This document shows, in pieces, positions 52,952-62,202 of a DNA stretch of 64,000 bases. The position numbers were made by a program, and so were the translations under genes. The first letter of the stretch is position 1; the number at the start of each line of letters is the position of its first letter. The notes below the pieces were generated by a model. That model worked only from the letters and a program-made list of their open reading frames with translations, had not been told where the DNA came from and did not search any database. Source of the stretch: an uncultured Fidelibacterota bacterium (GTDB taxonomy: Bacteria; Fidelibacterota; Marinisomatia; Marinisomatales; UBA1611); NCBI GenBank assembly GCA_913040915.1, contig CAJWHW010000007.1, positions 11,239 to 75,238 of the forward strand. Direction: 5' to 3'.

Positions 52952-53713
52952 TCAAATCGGTAATTTGAAAAGCTCTGTAGCATTAACAGATGTTTGTTCA
53001 GCCACCAATTCAATAGAAGTACCATGAAGTTCTGCTAATTTTTCTGCAACAAACTTCGTATGTCCCGGTTCATTTAGCTTACCACGGTGAGGTACGGGAC
53101 TTAAATAAGGCGAATCAGTCTCAACCATGATTCGATTTAAGGGAATCTCTTTCGCCACTTCAGGTAGGTGGCTATTTTTAAAAGTCAGATTTCCAGAAAA
53201 AGAAATGAAATACCCTAAGTCTATAAAAGCTTGTGCCGTTTCAAGTTTACTGGAAAAACAATGAGCCACACCTCGTACGCTTGGAAATTCTTTTAGGATA
53301 CTAAGCACATCTTCATCAGCATCTCTATTATGAAAGACCACTGGTTTGTCTAAATCCTGTGCAATGCTCATTTGATTTCGAAATACTTTTTGTTGTATAT
53401 CCGGATCGGAAATATTACGAAAATAGTCTAAGCCCATTTCTCCTACAGCCACCATGGAATCAATCTTCATTAGATCATAGATTTGATTAACAAAATCTTC
53501 TGGAGCATCTTTTGCATCATGGGGGTGAATCCCAGCGGTGGCAAATATTGAATCATTAGTTTCTGCCAACTGGAGACACTCTCTGGAATCAACCATATTT
53601 GTAGCGACACAAATAAAGCGAGTTACTCCTAGCTTCTCAGCGCGGCTTAATACATTTGAAAGGTTATTTTTTAAATCATCATAAAATAGATGACAGTGAG
53701 TATCAGTTAGCAT
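52952..53713 (-). CDS. tatD: TatD-family DNase
   Basis: DTHCH, GIHPH, GEMGLDY, HCFS and ETDSPYL. Confidence 0.93.
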   Translation of the reverse strand: MLTDTHCHLFYDDLKNNLSNVLSRAEKLGVTRFICVATNMVDSRECLQLAETNDSIFATAGIHPHDAKDAPEDFVNQIYDLMKIDSMVAVGEMGLDYFRNISDPDIQQKVFRNQMSIAQDLDKPVVFHNRDADEDVLSILKEFPSVRGVAHCFSSKLETAQAFIDLGYFISFSGNLTFKNSHLPEVAKEIPLNRIMVETDSPYLSPVPHRGKLNEPGHTKFVAEKLAELHGTSIELVAEQTSVNATELFKLPI

Positions 53714-53775
53714 TTAATTAAATCTTCTTGTAAAATGATGGGCAAACCTAAAATCATTTTTTCATTATCACGACC

Positions 53776-55446
53776 ATGAAATTTCAAAACATTTTCCTTT
53801 TCCTATTTTCATTTATAATGATTTATTCTAAATCATTACAAGAAGGAGATACATTAGAAATTCATCCCATTACTTGGGATACACCAAGCCCGGAAGGTTG
53901 GGGAGCACAATATGAACAAATTATTGCATTTCCTGATTCCAGTAATTCCTGGGCAAAAATAATTATGGTGCAAACTCTGAAATGTGATTCCGCCACAAAA
54001 GGAGATAAATACCCATGTGGGGAATGGGATTATATTTGGAATGCATTTGTTCATGTTCCCCGTTTGGATTCAATAGAAGTATTTTCCATCGGCAGTTTTG
54101 TTACACCCTATGGAAAACGCTTGGTTATGGGGGGTGAATCAGGTTGGGAGTGGACATACGACATGACAGATTATTCTCCTATTCTTCATGGAGATCTTTT
54201 TTTAAAAGTAGGTAATAATCAGGAATTGTTGGATTTAAAATTTCTTTTTATCAAGGGTAAACCAACGAGAAATATTCTAAGTGTTAAAAATATTTATCCT
54301 TATGGCCATTATAAATATGGGCCCTTATCAGATGATGAAATGTTAAAAAAAACGACGCTCCATTTAAACCCTGATGCAGATGGTTATAGACTGAAGGCTG
54401 TGATTTCAGGTCATGGCCATGCCGGGCCAAGAAATTGTTGCGAGTGGGATAGCAAAACACATACATATTATATGAATGATTGGGAATTGTTCCGATGGAA
54501 TGTCTGGAAAGATTGTGGGAATAATCCAATTTATCCCCAAGGCGGAACCTGGCCTTTTGATCGAGCTGGTTGGTGTCCCGGAACAAAAGTAGATGAATAT
54601 GAATTTGAATTAACACCATTTGTCAAAACTGGGGATTCTATTGTTATCGACTATGGAATTGAACCATATTCTGATAATGGTGAAAAAGATGGTGAATTCC
54701 GAATGGCACATCAACTTTTTTCTTATGGACCGCCCAATTTTAAAAATGATATAGAATTGGCGGATATCATTTCACCCAGCTCAAAAGGAACCCACGCAAG
54801 GTTCAATCCTAGCTTAGGCCCACCAGTGATTATCATTAAAAATACAGGGTCTAATAATATATACTCCGCTACTATTGAATATGGATTAAAACATCGTAAA
54901 AAGACTGAATTTCATTGGCAGGGATTATTAAAATTTCTGAATACTGAAATAGTTACATTACCAGTCCCAAATTGGCATGGACTGAAAAATAATCCTCAAT
55001 TTGAAGTAACTTTGAAAAATCCAAATGGAATGGAAGATGAGAATCAATTTAATAATATAGCTACATCTATTATTTTATTACCAAAAGTTTTTCCCAAATC
55101 CTTCAAGCTACACATATTAACAAATGATGTTGCCCGCGCCCGTGAAAGTTCATTTACTATCACTAATTTGGATGGGACTCTATTTTACGAAGGAGATGAT
55201 TTTTCAGATTCAACGGATTACATAATCGAAATGAATCTAAAAAATGGTGATTATCGTTTTTTATTCAAAGATGAGATGGAAGATGGCATTTCACGACATT
55301 GGTGGCATCGAAATAGTGCCCCAGAAAAGATTGGTATCAATGGCAGCGTTAAATTTTTGACCATTGAGGGTGATACGCTTCATGAGTTTAATCCTGATTT
55401 TGGGCAAGAATTATTATTTAACTTTCGAGTAGGTAGGACACCATAA
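53776..55446 (+). CDS. Secreted peptide-N-glycosidase F-related protein
   Basis: Signal peptide; CGEWDY, FVTPYG, WTYDMTDY, SGHG, CCEW and CGNNPIYPQGGTWPFDRAGWCPG; additional beta-rich C-terminal domains. Confidence 0.8.
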   Translation: MKFQNIFLFLFSFIMIYSKSLQEGDTLEIHPITWDTPSPEGWGAQYEQIIAFPDSSNSWAKIIMVQTLKCDSATKGDKYPCGEWDYIWNAFVHVPRLDSIEVFSIGSFVTPYGKRLVMGGESGWEWTYDMTDYSPILHGDLFLKVGNNQELLDLKFLFIKGKPTRNILSVKNIYPYGHYKYGPLSDDEMLKKTTLHLNPDADGYRLKAVISGHGHAGPRNCCEWDSKTHTYYMNDWELFRWNVWKDCGNNPIYPQGGTWPFDRAGWCPGTKVDEYEFELTPFVKTGDSIVIDYGIEPYSDNGEKDGEFRMAHQLFSYGPPNFKNDIELADIISPSSKGTHARFNPSLGPPVIIIKNTGSNNIYSATIEYGLKHRKKTEFHWQGLLKFLNTEIVTLPVPNWHGLKNNPQFEVTLKNPNGMEDENQFNNIATSIILLPKVFPKSFKLHILTNDVARARESSFTITNLDGTLFYEGDDFSDSTDYIIEMNLKNGDYRFLFKDEMEDGISRHWWHRNSAPEKIGINGSVKFLTIEGDTLHEFNPDFGQELLFNFRVGRTP

Positions 55447-55461
55447 TTTCCAAGAATAAAA

Positions 55462-56703
55462 ATGAGCTTCTTTATCCAATCCTTATTTATTGCTATCCCG
55501 ATTTTCATTTTATTCATTGGTGTTGAGATGATTACAGCCAAACGTATGGGCATATCTATTAACCACCCCGCTGATATGATTTCGAGTCTAAGCTCCGGTG
55601 TAACTAATATTGCTAAAGATGGCTTAAAGTTTGGAGTAATATTGGTAAGTTACCCTTGGCTACTAGAAAATTTGATGATCTATACACTAGAGCCAATTGG
55701 GGCAGCGGTATTAGTGGCATTTTTAGTGCAAGATTTTACAGGTTATTGGATGCACCGGTTAAATCACCGTGTGAATATTTTTTGGAATCGGCATATTATT
55801 CATCACAGCAGTGAAGAATTCAATCTTTCCTGTGCATTGAGACAATCTATATCTGACACATTTCATTTTAGTGCTATTCTAATGATCCCAGCCGCTATGC
55901 TGGGTATATCTCATAAGTTTTTTATTATTCTTGGACCCATTCACTTGTTCATGCAATTTTGGTATCATACGAGACTCATCGGGAAAATGGGGTGGTTGGA
56001 AAAAATTATTGTTACCCCATCACATCACCGGGTTCATCACGCTATAAATCCGGAATATCTTGATAAGAATTATGGACAAATCCTCATCATTTGGGATAAG
56101 CTCTTTGGCTCCTTCCAGCCGGAGTTAAAATCGGTTAAACCGGTGTATGGCATCCTTCGACCGGCCAATACGTGGAATCCTATTATCATTAATTATAAAC
56201 ACCTGTGGCAATTGATGAAGGACGCATTTTATGCAAAGTACTTTTGGGATAAAATCCGGATTTGGTTTATGCCCACAGGTTGGCGACCGAAAGATGTGGC
56301 GGAACGGTTCCCCATCCAAACTACAGAAAATCCATTTGATCAAATCAAATATAAAACAGAAAATTCCAGACTGTTGATCGCATGGAGCGCCCTGCAAATG
56401 AGTGTGTCTTTAGCCATGATGTTTGTCATGTTTTTCCTATCGAAAGCCGTTGGTGCAACCATCACTACCTTATTGGCACTTTTTTTATGGGCAAATGTGT
56501 TTTCCTACACATTCCTTATGGATGGCAACAAAATTGCTGTTGGTGCAGATATAGTAAAAATGGTTCTTATCGGTTCAGTTATCTTTTTAATGAGAGATGA
56601 AATGATACCCATGAGCATTACTGCTTTTTTTCTGTATGGAATTTTATCCACTTTTGGAACACTGTACTTTATGAAAAAAGAACGAAAACTTTCAGCTATC
56701 TAA
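55462..56703 (+). CDS. Fatty acid hydroxylase superfamily, alkylglycerol monooxygenase (AGMO)-like
   Basis: YWMHRLNH, HIIHHSSEEFNLSCALRQS, TPSHHRVHH, DKNYG..LIIWD and WFMPTGW, with a C-terminal TM extension. Confidence 0.82.
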   Translation: MSFFIQSLFIAIPIFILFIGVEMITAKRMGISINHPADMISSLSSGVTNIAKDGLKFGVILVSYPWLLENLMIYTLEPIGAAVLVAFLVQDFTGYWMHRLNHRVNIFWNRHIIHHSSEEFNLSCALRQSISDTFHFSAILMIPAAMLGISHKFFIILGPIHLFMQFWYHTRLIGKMGWLEKIIVTPSHHRVHHAINPEYLDKNYGQILIIWDKLFGSFQPELKSVKPVYGILRPANTWNPIIINYKHLWQLMKDAFYAKYFWDKIRIWFMPTGWRPKDVAERFPIQTTENPFDQIKYKTENSRLLIAWSALQMSVSLAMMFVMFFLSKAVGATITTLLALFLWANVFSYTFLMDGNKIAVGADIVKMVLIGSVIFLMRDEMIPMSITAFFLYGILSTFGTLYFMKKERKLSAI

Positions 56704-56723
56704 AGAATAAGATTGAAATTAAT

Positions 56724-56748
56724 AATCTACAAATTCATGTTGTAGATT
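56724..56748. terminator. Hairpin between convergent genes (possible bidirectional terminator)
   Basis: AATCTACAA-ATTCATG-TTGTAGATT, a 9-bp stem in the gap between convergent stop codons; AT-rich and weak. Confidence 0.35.
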
Positions 56749-56796
56749 TATTTATCAAATCTCATTTTATACCTATAAAATAATTTAAAAAGAAAC

Positions 56797-58263
56797 TTAC
56801 TTCTTTAATTCTACAATGATTTCTATTGCTGGTAATGTGTCCACAAACCTAGGTTTCCCAGGTCGATAAACATCTTCTACAATCAATGTAACCAATTCCA
56901 TGGTACCGGATTCCAAAGCATAATTACAAACATCTTCCGCACTGAGATTCAATGTACCGGCACGTTTGGATAATTTAAAATGAATGCCGCCTTTTTCATT
57001 AAATCCGCGGTAAATCACTTCGGTACATACTTGTGATTCAGCATCATTAAAATCAAAAGTGAAATCATAATTATTTCCCAAATAGGAATGAACCGTTTGC
57101 ATCACATGTATTTTTTCTCTGTCTGATAGGCTAGGACGAAATACAACGAGGCGGTTTATTTTTGTGACTAATATGTCTTCCAATGAACCAGACACAACAC
57201 CCTCGGCAATGGCTTCTATGAGATCATGATTGGGTTGAATCAGGGAATGCTGTTCATCAGATAGTTGAATTTGTTCCCATACTTTTTCATCCCAATCTTG
57301 TCTTTTTCCAGTGTAAACAATGCCATGTTTAAAAATTCCCGGAAGAAAAATATTACTCATGTAACCTTCTGAATAAGTTAGAATAATATCTCCGGGATAA
57401 AGCATGTTATCGAGTTTTTCTTTATCTGAATCTTGAAAAATAAGCGGCTTTGTTCCCGGCGCTTTTAAGTGGCCAACTTGTGTAAATACAATGGCTCGTA
57501 ATGCTTCGAATCGTCCGCCGGTCTTCTTAATTAATTCAGCTACTTTTTTCTTGATTGAGCTGTGGCGCAGGAGATTGGTGAGCTCCGGGGTAATAAGTAC
57601 AAAATGGTTTAAGATTTCTTCTCGAAGTTTTACATGGATGGCATGGAGTTGACCTAATCCCAAGATTAATGGACCATAAGTTGGATCTTGTTTTAAATCA
57701 TGTAATAATGAATTTTGGTCATCTATTTCTTCGGAAATCAATTCATGGGCGATATCCAATTCATCCAAATTTTCCAGATTGGTGAGACTGTGATAGACTT
57801 CCTGAAATGATCCACGAGGAATTTCACTTCGAAAGTAAGCTTCATTCAATTTATCCACGACCATTTCATCTTCCATATTTCGCGTAACCAAAATCCCGCT
57901 ATATTTATATAAGGTAAGTGCAGAAGAATAACCAACCAATAACGCCTTCATATTTTCCAATGGATCATCGGAATATGTATTGTAATCCCGATATTTATTT
58001 ATGATTTCCCAAACAGACGTTCGGAACATCAAATACCGAAAGAGAAGATTTTCAATTTTATCACTTTCTACATTTGAGAAATGTCCCGTTTCATGGCGAG
58101 TTGCACTCTGCTGGAGTTCGCCCATTTCAGCATACATTTGATCAAATGCATTTTGGAAGATGGCAAGTTTTCTAATATCTTCCTCAAAGGAATTCTGAGT
58201 TGCTATTAGAGGCACCACGAATAGAAAATTTAGAATTATTCGTCTTATGGAATCAAAAACCAT
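56797..58263 (-). CDS. Permuted papain-like (YiiX/YebB, NlpC/P60) hydrolase with large N-terminal helical region
   Basis: His before Cys: PGDIILT...FKHGIVY, LIEAI, YDFTFDF...VCTEVIY; signal-like N-terminus. Confidence 0.78.
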   Translation of the reverse strand: MVFDSIRRIILNFLFVVPLIATQNSFEEDIRKLAIFQNAFDQMYAEMGELQQSATRHETGHFSNVESDKIENLLFRYLMFRTSVWEIINKYRDYNTYSDDPLENMKALLVGYSSALTLYKYSGILVTRNMEDEMVVDKLNEAYFRSEIPRGSFQEVYHSLTNLENLDELDIAHELISEEIDDQNSLLHDLKQDPTYGPLILGLGQLHAIHVKLREEILNHFVLITPELTNLLRHSSIKKKVAELIKKTGGRFEALRAIVFTQVGHLKAPGTKPLIFQDSDKEKLDNMLYPGDIILTYSEGYMSNIFLPGIFKHGIVYTGKRQDWDEKVWEQIQLSDEQHSLIQPNHDLIEAIAEGVVSGSLEDILVTKINRLVVFRPSLSDREKIHVMQTVHSYLGNNYDFTFDFNDAESQVCTEVIYRGFNEKGGIHFKLSKRAGTLNLSAEDVCNYALESGTMELVTLIVEDVYRPGKPRFVDTLPAIEIIVELKK

Positions 58264-58328
58264 AAAACTAATTTAGGAGGAAAGAGGAAAATATATAAAA
58301 CGTAATTAGGTAATAAATAAATTACGTT

Positions 58329-59825
58329 TTACATATTTACGCGAGGGAAAAGAGGTGCATGATCTTTTAATTCATTTCCTGGAGTCAGTCCACCCCATTT
58401 AAGGTCGGTCCCTTCAGCATTCAGGGCATCCAACAAAATGGCTGTTCTGTTAGGCATTACCGGCGACAATAAAACAGCTCCAATCCGCAATGCTTCTCCA
58501 GCGGTGTACAGAACGCGGCCAGCAGCCATCTTATTATCTTTCACCAATTTCCATGGCGCATTTTCTTCCATGTACCGATTCACACTTCGGACATATTGCA
58601 TGGTTTCTTCGATGGCTTCATTCAAGCGCATGGCTTCAATCTTCTCCTGGACAATATTAACAAGAGTTTCTCCATTAGCTTTTATGGATAATTCAGCATC
58701 TGTTAATTCTCCTGGTAGCGGAATAGTCCCATCATAATTTTTCTTTATTAGAGTAGAGACTCGACTCAAAAGATTCCCGAAATCATTTGCTAAATCACTA
58801 TTGTACCTTTGAATAAATGATTCCATTGTGAAACTAGAATCCTGACCCAATACCATTTCCCGCATGAGGTAATATCGCACTGGATCCACGCCATAATCAT
58901 CAATCAGATCCATAGGATTTACCACATTACCCAATGATTTACTCATTTTAGAATCACCCATAAGCCACCACCCATGCGCGAATATTGATATTGGTAATTG
59001 GATGCCAGCAGACATAAGCATGGTTGGCCAATACACCGTATGAGTAGTTAAAATATCTTTTCCAATTAAATGATAGGAAGCAGGCCACCATTTTTTAAAA
59101 GATATTTCATCAAATCCATAGCCTGGCGCTGTTATATAATTAATGAGTGCATCAAACCAAACATAAGTGACATAATCAGGATCAAAAGGCAATTCGATTC
59201 CCCAATTTAATCTAGATTTTGGCCGTGAAATGCAAAGGTCATCCAATGGTTGTCTGAGAAAACCAAGAATTTCATTTTTTCTTTGGTTTGGTTGAATGAA
59301 TTTTGGGTTCTCCTCTATATGATCAATAAGTTGTTGTTGATATTTACTCATTTTGAAAAAATAATTTTTTTCTTTCAGATTTTTAATATCACGAAAATCA
59401 CCGGTTTCTGCTTCTTTTTCAGTAATGAATCGTTCTTCTGAGACAGAATATAGTCCTTCGTATTCTGCTTCGTAGATGTCACCTCTGTCCATCACAACCT
59501 GTAAAATATCTCTTACAACTTTTTTATGGCGCTCTTCTGTGGTCCGAATAAAGTCATCATTAGAAATATGAAGCTGCTTCCATAGTTCCATGAAACGTGG
59601 TGCCATTTCATCACAATGTTGTTGAGATTCCACCCCTCGCTCTTTAGCAGCTTGTTGCACCTTTTGTCCATGCTCATCCAGTCCGGTAAGAAAGAATGTC
59701 TCCTGCCCTGCGTTACGATGATATCTTGATAAAACATCTGCCAGAATTGTCGTATATGCATGACCAATATGTGGTTTGTCATTCACATAATAAATGGGCG
59801 TAGTGATATAGAACTGTTTGTTCAT
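58329..59825 (-). CDS. metG: Methionine--tRNA ligase (short form, no C-terminal tRNA-binding domain)
   Basis: YYVNDKPHIGH, GLDEHGQK, YVWFDALINY, GKDI and KMSKS. Confidence 0.97.
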   Translation of the reverse strand: MNKQFYITTPIYYVNDKPHIGHAYTTILADVLSRYHRNAGQETFFLTGLDEHGQKVQQAAKERGVESQQHCDEMAPRFMELWKQLHISNDDFIRTTEERHKKVVRDILQVVMDRGDIYEAEYEGLYSVSEERFITEKEAETGDFRDIKNLKEKNYFFKMSKYQQQLIDHIEENPKFIQPNQRKNEILGFLRQPLDDLCISRPKSRLNWGIELPFDPDYVTYVWFDALINYITAPGYGFDEISFKKWWPASYHLIGKDILTTHTVYWPTMLMSAGIQLPISIFAHGWWLMGDSKMSKSLGNVVNPMDLIDDYGVDPVRYYLMREMVLGQDSSFTMESFIQRYNSDLANDFGNLLSRVSTLIKKNYDGTIPLPGELTDAELSIKANGETLVNIVQEKIEAMRLNEAIEETMQYVRSVNRYMEENAPWKLVKDNKMAAGRVLYTAGEALRIGAVLLSPVMPNRTAILLDALNAEGTDLKWGGLTPGNELKDHAPLFPRVNM

Positions 59826-60967
59826 GGACCTAAATATTTCTGTATTCTTAATAATAGGTTGGTTAAAATTAGAGGCATATAGAGATTTTGCTGTACCGAT
59901 AAAATTGTTTCTTCTAGCTGGAATGCAATGGCTGAAAAATTAGCATTTGGGTGTGATTGTACCATTTGATCCATCCCTAATTTCAAAGGAGTTTCATGTA
60001 ATACGTCATGGATATTTTTGTTTAATCTATTTACCGAACGAAACCAGATTTTTAATAGCATAAAATGGAAAGAGAATACGGCAAAATCCTGACTGGATAA
60101 TCTGGAGTAGGTTTGTGTGAATTTTCGCCAATGATCTGGGTTCTCATTTATAATGGTTTTGATTAATCCATTTATCAACTTCATCAATTGATCTATAGGC
60201 TGAGATATTAAATATTGTGCCTGATGAATATTTCCTTGACTTAATCCTGATAGTAATTGTAAATCTTTATCTTTTGTGATTTTACCAGTGAGCCATTTAT
60301 AAACAAATTCATTTTCAAATGGAGGGAACCCAATACGCTGACATCGGGATAAAATTGTAGGTAATATAAGTTCTACATGATCTGTCACTAAGATTAATGT
60401 TGTATTTTCAGGAGGTTCTTCTAAAATCTTTAATAAGGCATTCGCTGCCTCACCCTGGCCTACCGATAAAAGATGGGCGTCAAAAACAAGGACAATTTTT
60501 CGCCCATAATCATCTGTTTTCAAATAAAGTGATTTCCTCAGACCTTTTACTGATTGAATTAAAATACGCTTTGCCTTAGGAATTTGAATTTTAAAAAAAG
60601 GTGTTTTTGCCTTTTGTGCTATAGATTCTGTAACAATGTCCAAGTTTTTCTTATCTAATGCTACTGAATCATCATCATCTCTAGATTTATTTGGGGTTGG
60701 AAGCGGAAAAATAAGAGAAAGTTTTTCATGTTGCAGTTGCTTAAATCTTTGGCAAGATGGACAAGACTCACATGGGAACCTCTCTGTTTTCTCACAGTTT
60801 ATCAGTTGTCCAAATTTAATTGCAATGTATTCTTTCCCGCTTCCTGCCGGGCCAGAAAAAAGATATGCACTGCCGATCTTTTTCGAATTATTTATTAGGC
60901 ACAAATGGCTCCATACTTGGGTTTGTGCATCTATTAAATCAATGTTTTCTATTTTTTGGTTAACCAT
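59822..60967 (-). CDS. holB: DNA polymerase III delta-prime subunit
   Basis: AYLFSGPAGSGK, Zn motif C..CESCPSC, ANALLKILEEP and LPTILSRC. Confidence 0.88.
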   Translation of the reverse strand: MVNQKIENIDLIDAQTQVWSHLCLINNSKKIGSAYLFSGPAGSGKEYIAIKFGQLINCEKTERFPCESCPSCQRFKQLQHEKLSLIFPLPTPNKSRDDDDSVALDKKNLDIVTESIAQKAKTPFFKIQIPKAKRILIQSVKGLRKSLYLKTDDYGRKIVLVFDAHLLSVGQGEAANALLKILEEPPENTTLILVTDHVELILPTILSRCQRIGFPPFENEFVYKWLTGKITKDKDLQLLSGLSQGNIHQAQYLISQPIDQLMKLINGLIKTIINENPDHWRKFTQTYSRLSSQDFAVFSFHFMLLKIWFRSVNRLNKNIHDVLHETPLKLGMDQMVQSHPNANFSAIAFQLEETILSVQQNLYMPLILTNLLLRIQKYLGP

Positions 60968-62145
60968 GATTCCGGATCTAGTTTTTGCCCCTTACCCCAA
61001 ATTTCAAAATGCAGTTTTGACCCATTTATGGAACCGGAATCACCCATATAAGCAATAACATCACCTGATCTGACTTCGCTATCCACATTGGTTTGAATAT
61101 TGGTTACATGACTGTAAACTGAGTAAAATCCTCCGCCATGGTCAATAATAATCGTCGTCCCATAACCTCGAATGTAGGTTATGGTGGTTACTACACCACC
61201 CATAATCGTCCGAATTACTGATCCGGGTTGTCCTTTAATATCAATACCAGGGTTTTCGGTTGTTGTTTTTAGTTTTGGATTCCATTGTCGTCCAAATTTG
61301 GTAATTATACGTCCGGATGCAGGCCATGGTAACTGTCCTTTTAATGAACTAAACGATTTGGTTTTGAGTGCTTCTTGCTGTTGACGAATTCTTTCTTCTC
61401 TCTCAAATCGGGCTTTATTTTCTAATACTCTTTTTATAATATTCTCTAATTCCTTAATACCAGCTTCTTTTTCATTCACATAATTCGCTAACGCTTTTTT
61501 ATCAGTTCGTATCCTATTTAATTCACGTTCTCGTTTTATTCGCATATTACGATAGGAACTCATTTGTTTTTCTTTATCCCGTTTCAGGATAAGATTTTCT
61601 CTTAAAGCAGCTTCCATTTCCAGTTTTTGCTGACTGATTTCAATCAACAATTTTTCAATTTGTTTTGTCATTTTCGTTTCAATATCAGAAATAATTTTTA
61701 AATAATGAGTTCTATACATTGCTTGCCGCCAGGTGGTGGAAGAAAATACTTTTTCTAAATCAGTGAGGCGACCTTTTAAATATGAATTAACTACCCTTTG
61801 TTCATATCGAATTCTAAGTATTTCCAATTCATCTTCATTTTTTTCAAGATTATCTTTCAATTGAGTTATACGAGCTCGGGTTTTTTCCTCCTCTCTTCTT
61901 AATGACTGAATTAAACGTGATGTAAGTGTAATTTCCTCATCAAGGGAAGATATCCTAGTGACGGTAGATCGTTCCCGTGATTCAGCTTTATTAATTTTGG
62001 ACCGTAACTGCTCAATTTCATCCTTGAGAGCATTAATTGCCTCATTTTGAGTGCGCAATTCCCTATCGTAGTTCCTCTGATCTGTTTGAGCAGAAAGCCG
62101 GGTAACAAAAATGACACATAATAAAAAGTTATATAAATAATTCAC
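60949..62145 (-). CDS. envC: Murein hydrolase activator EnvC-like (coiled coil + degenerate M23)
   Basis: Signal peptide, long coiled coil and LPWP. The M23 zinc ligands are degenerate (NPGID in place of HxxxD); ends LHFEIW. Confidence 0.8.
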   Translation of the reverse strand: MNYLYNFLLCVIFVTRLSAQTDQRNYDRELRTQNEAINALKDEIEQLRSKINKAESRERSTVTRISSLDEEITLTSRLIQSLRREEEKTRARITQLKDNLEKNEDELEILRIRYEQRVVNSYLKGRLTDLEKVFSSTTWRQAMYRTHYLKIISDIETKMTKQIEKLLIEISQQKLEMEAALRENLILKRDKEKQMSSYRNMRIKRERELNRIRTDKKALANYVNEKEAGIKELENIIKRVLENKARFEREERIRQQQEALKTKSFSSLKGQLPWPASGRIITKFGRQWNPKLKTTTENPGIDIKGQPGSVIRTIMGGVVTTITYIRGYGTTIIIDHGGGFYSVYSHVTNIQTNVDSEVRSGDVIAYMGDSGSINGSKLHFEIWGKGQKLDPESWLTKK

Positions 62146-62202
62146 AGTACTGAAATTACTGGGATTTTTTTTCTTTAGATAGAGATCAATTCAGTAAAGA
62201 CT

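Noticed and set aside
53732..53760. Inverted repeat AAAATGAT-N13-ATCATTTT between divergent tatD and the PNGase-like gene
   Set aside because: Low complexity, no regulator gene nearby and no repeat elsewhere.
56724..56748. TCTAC...TGTTGTAGAT resembles the 3' end of a Cas12a CRISPR repeat
   Set aside because: Single copy, no spacers and no cas genes; better explained as a hairpin between convergent genes.
60949..62145. Active M23 peptidase
   Set aside because: The first zinc motif is degenerate (NPGID), as in non-catalytic EnvC.
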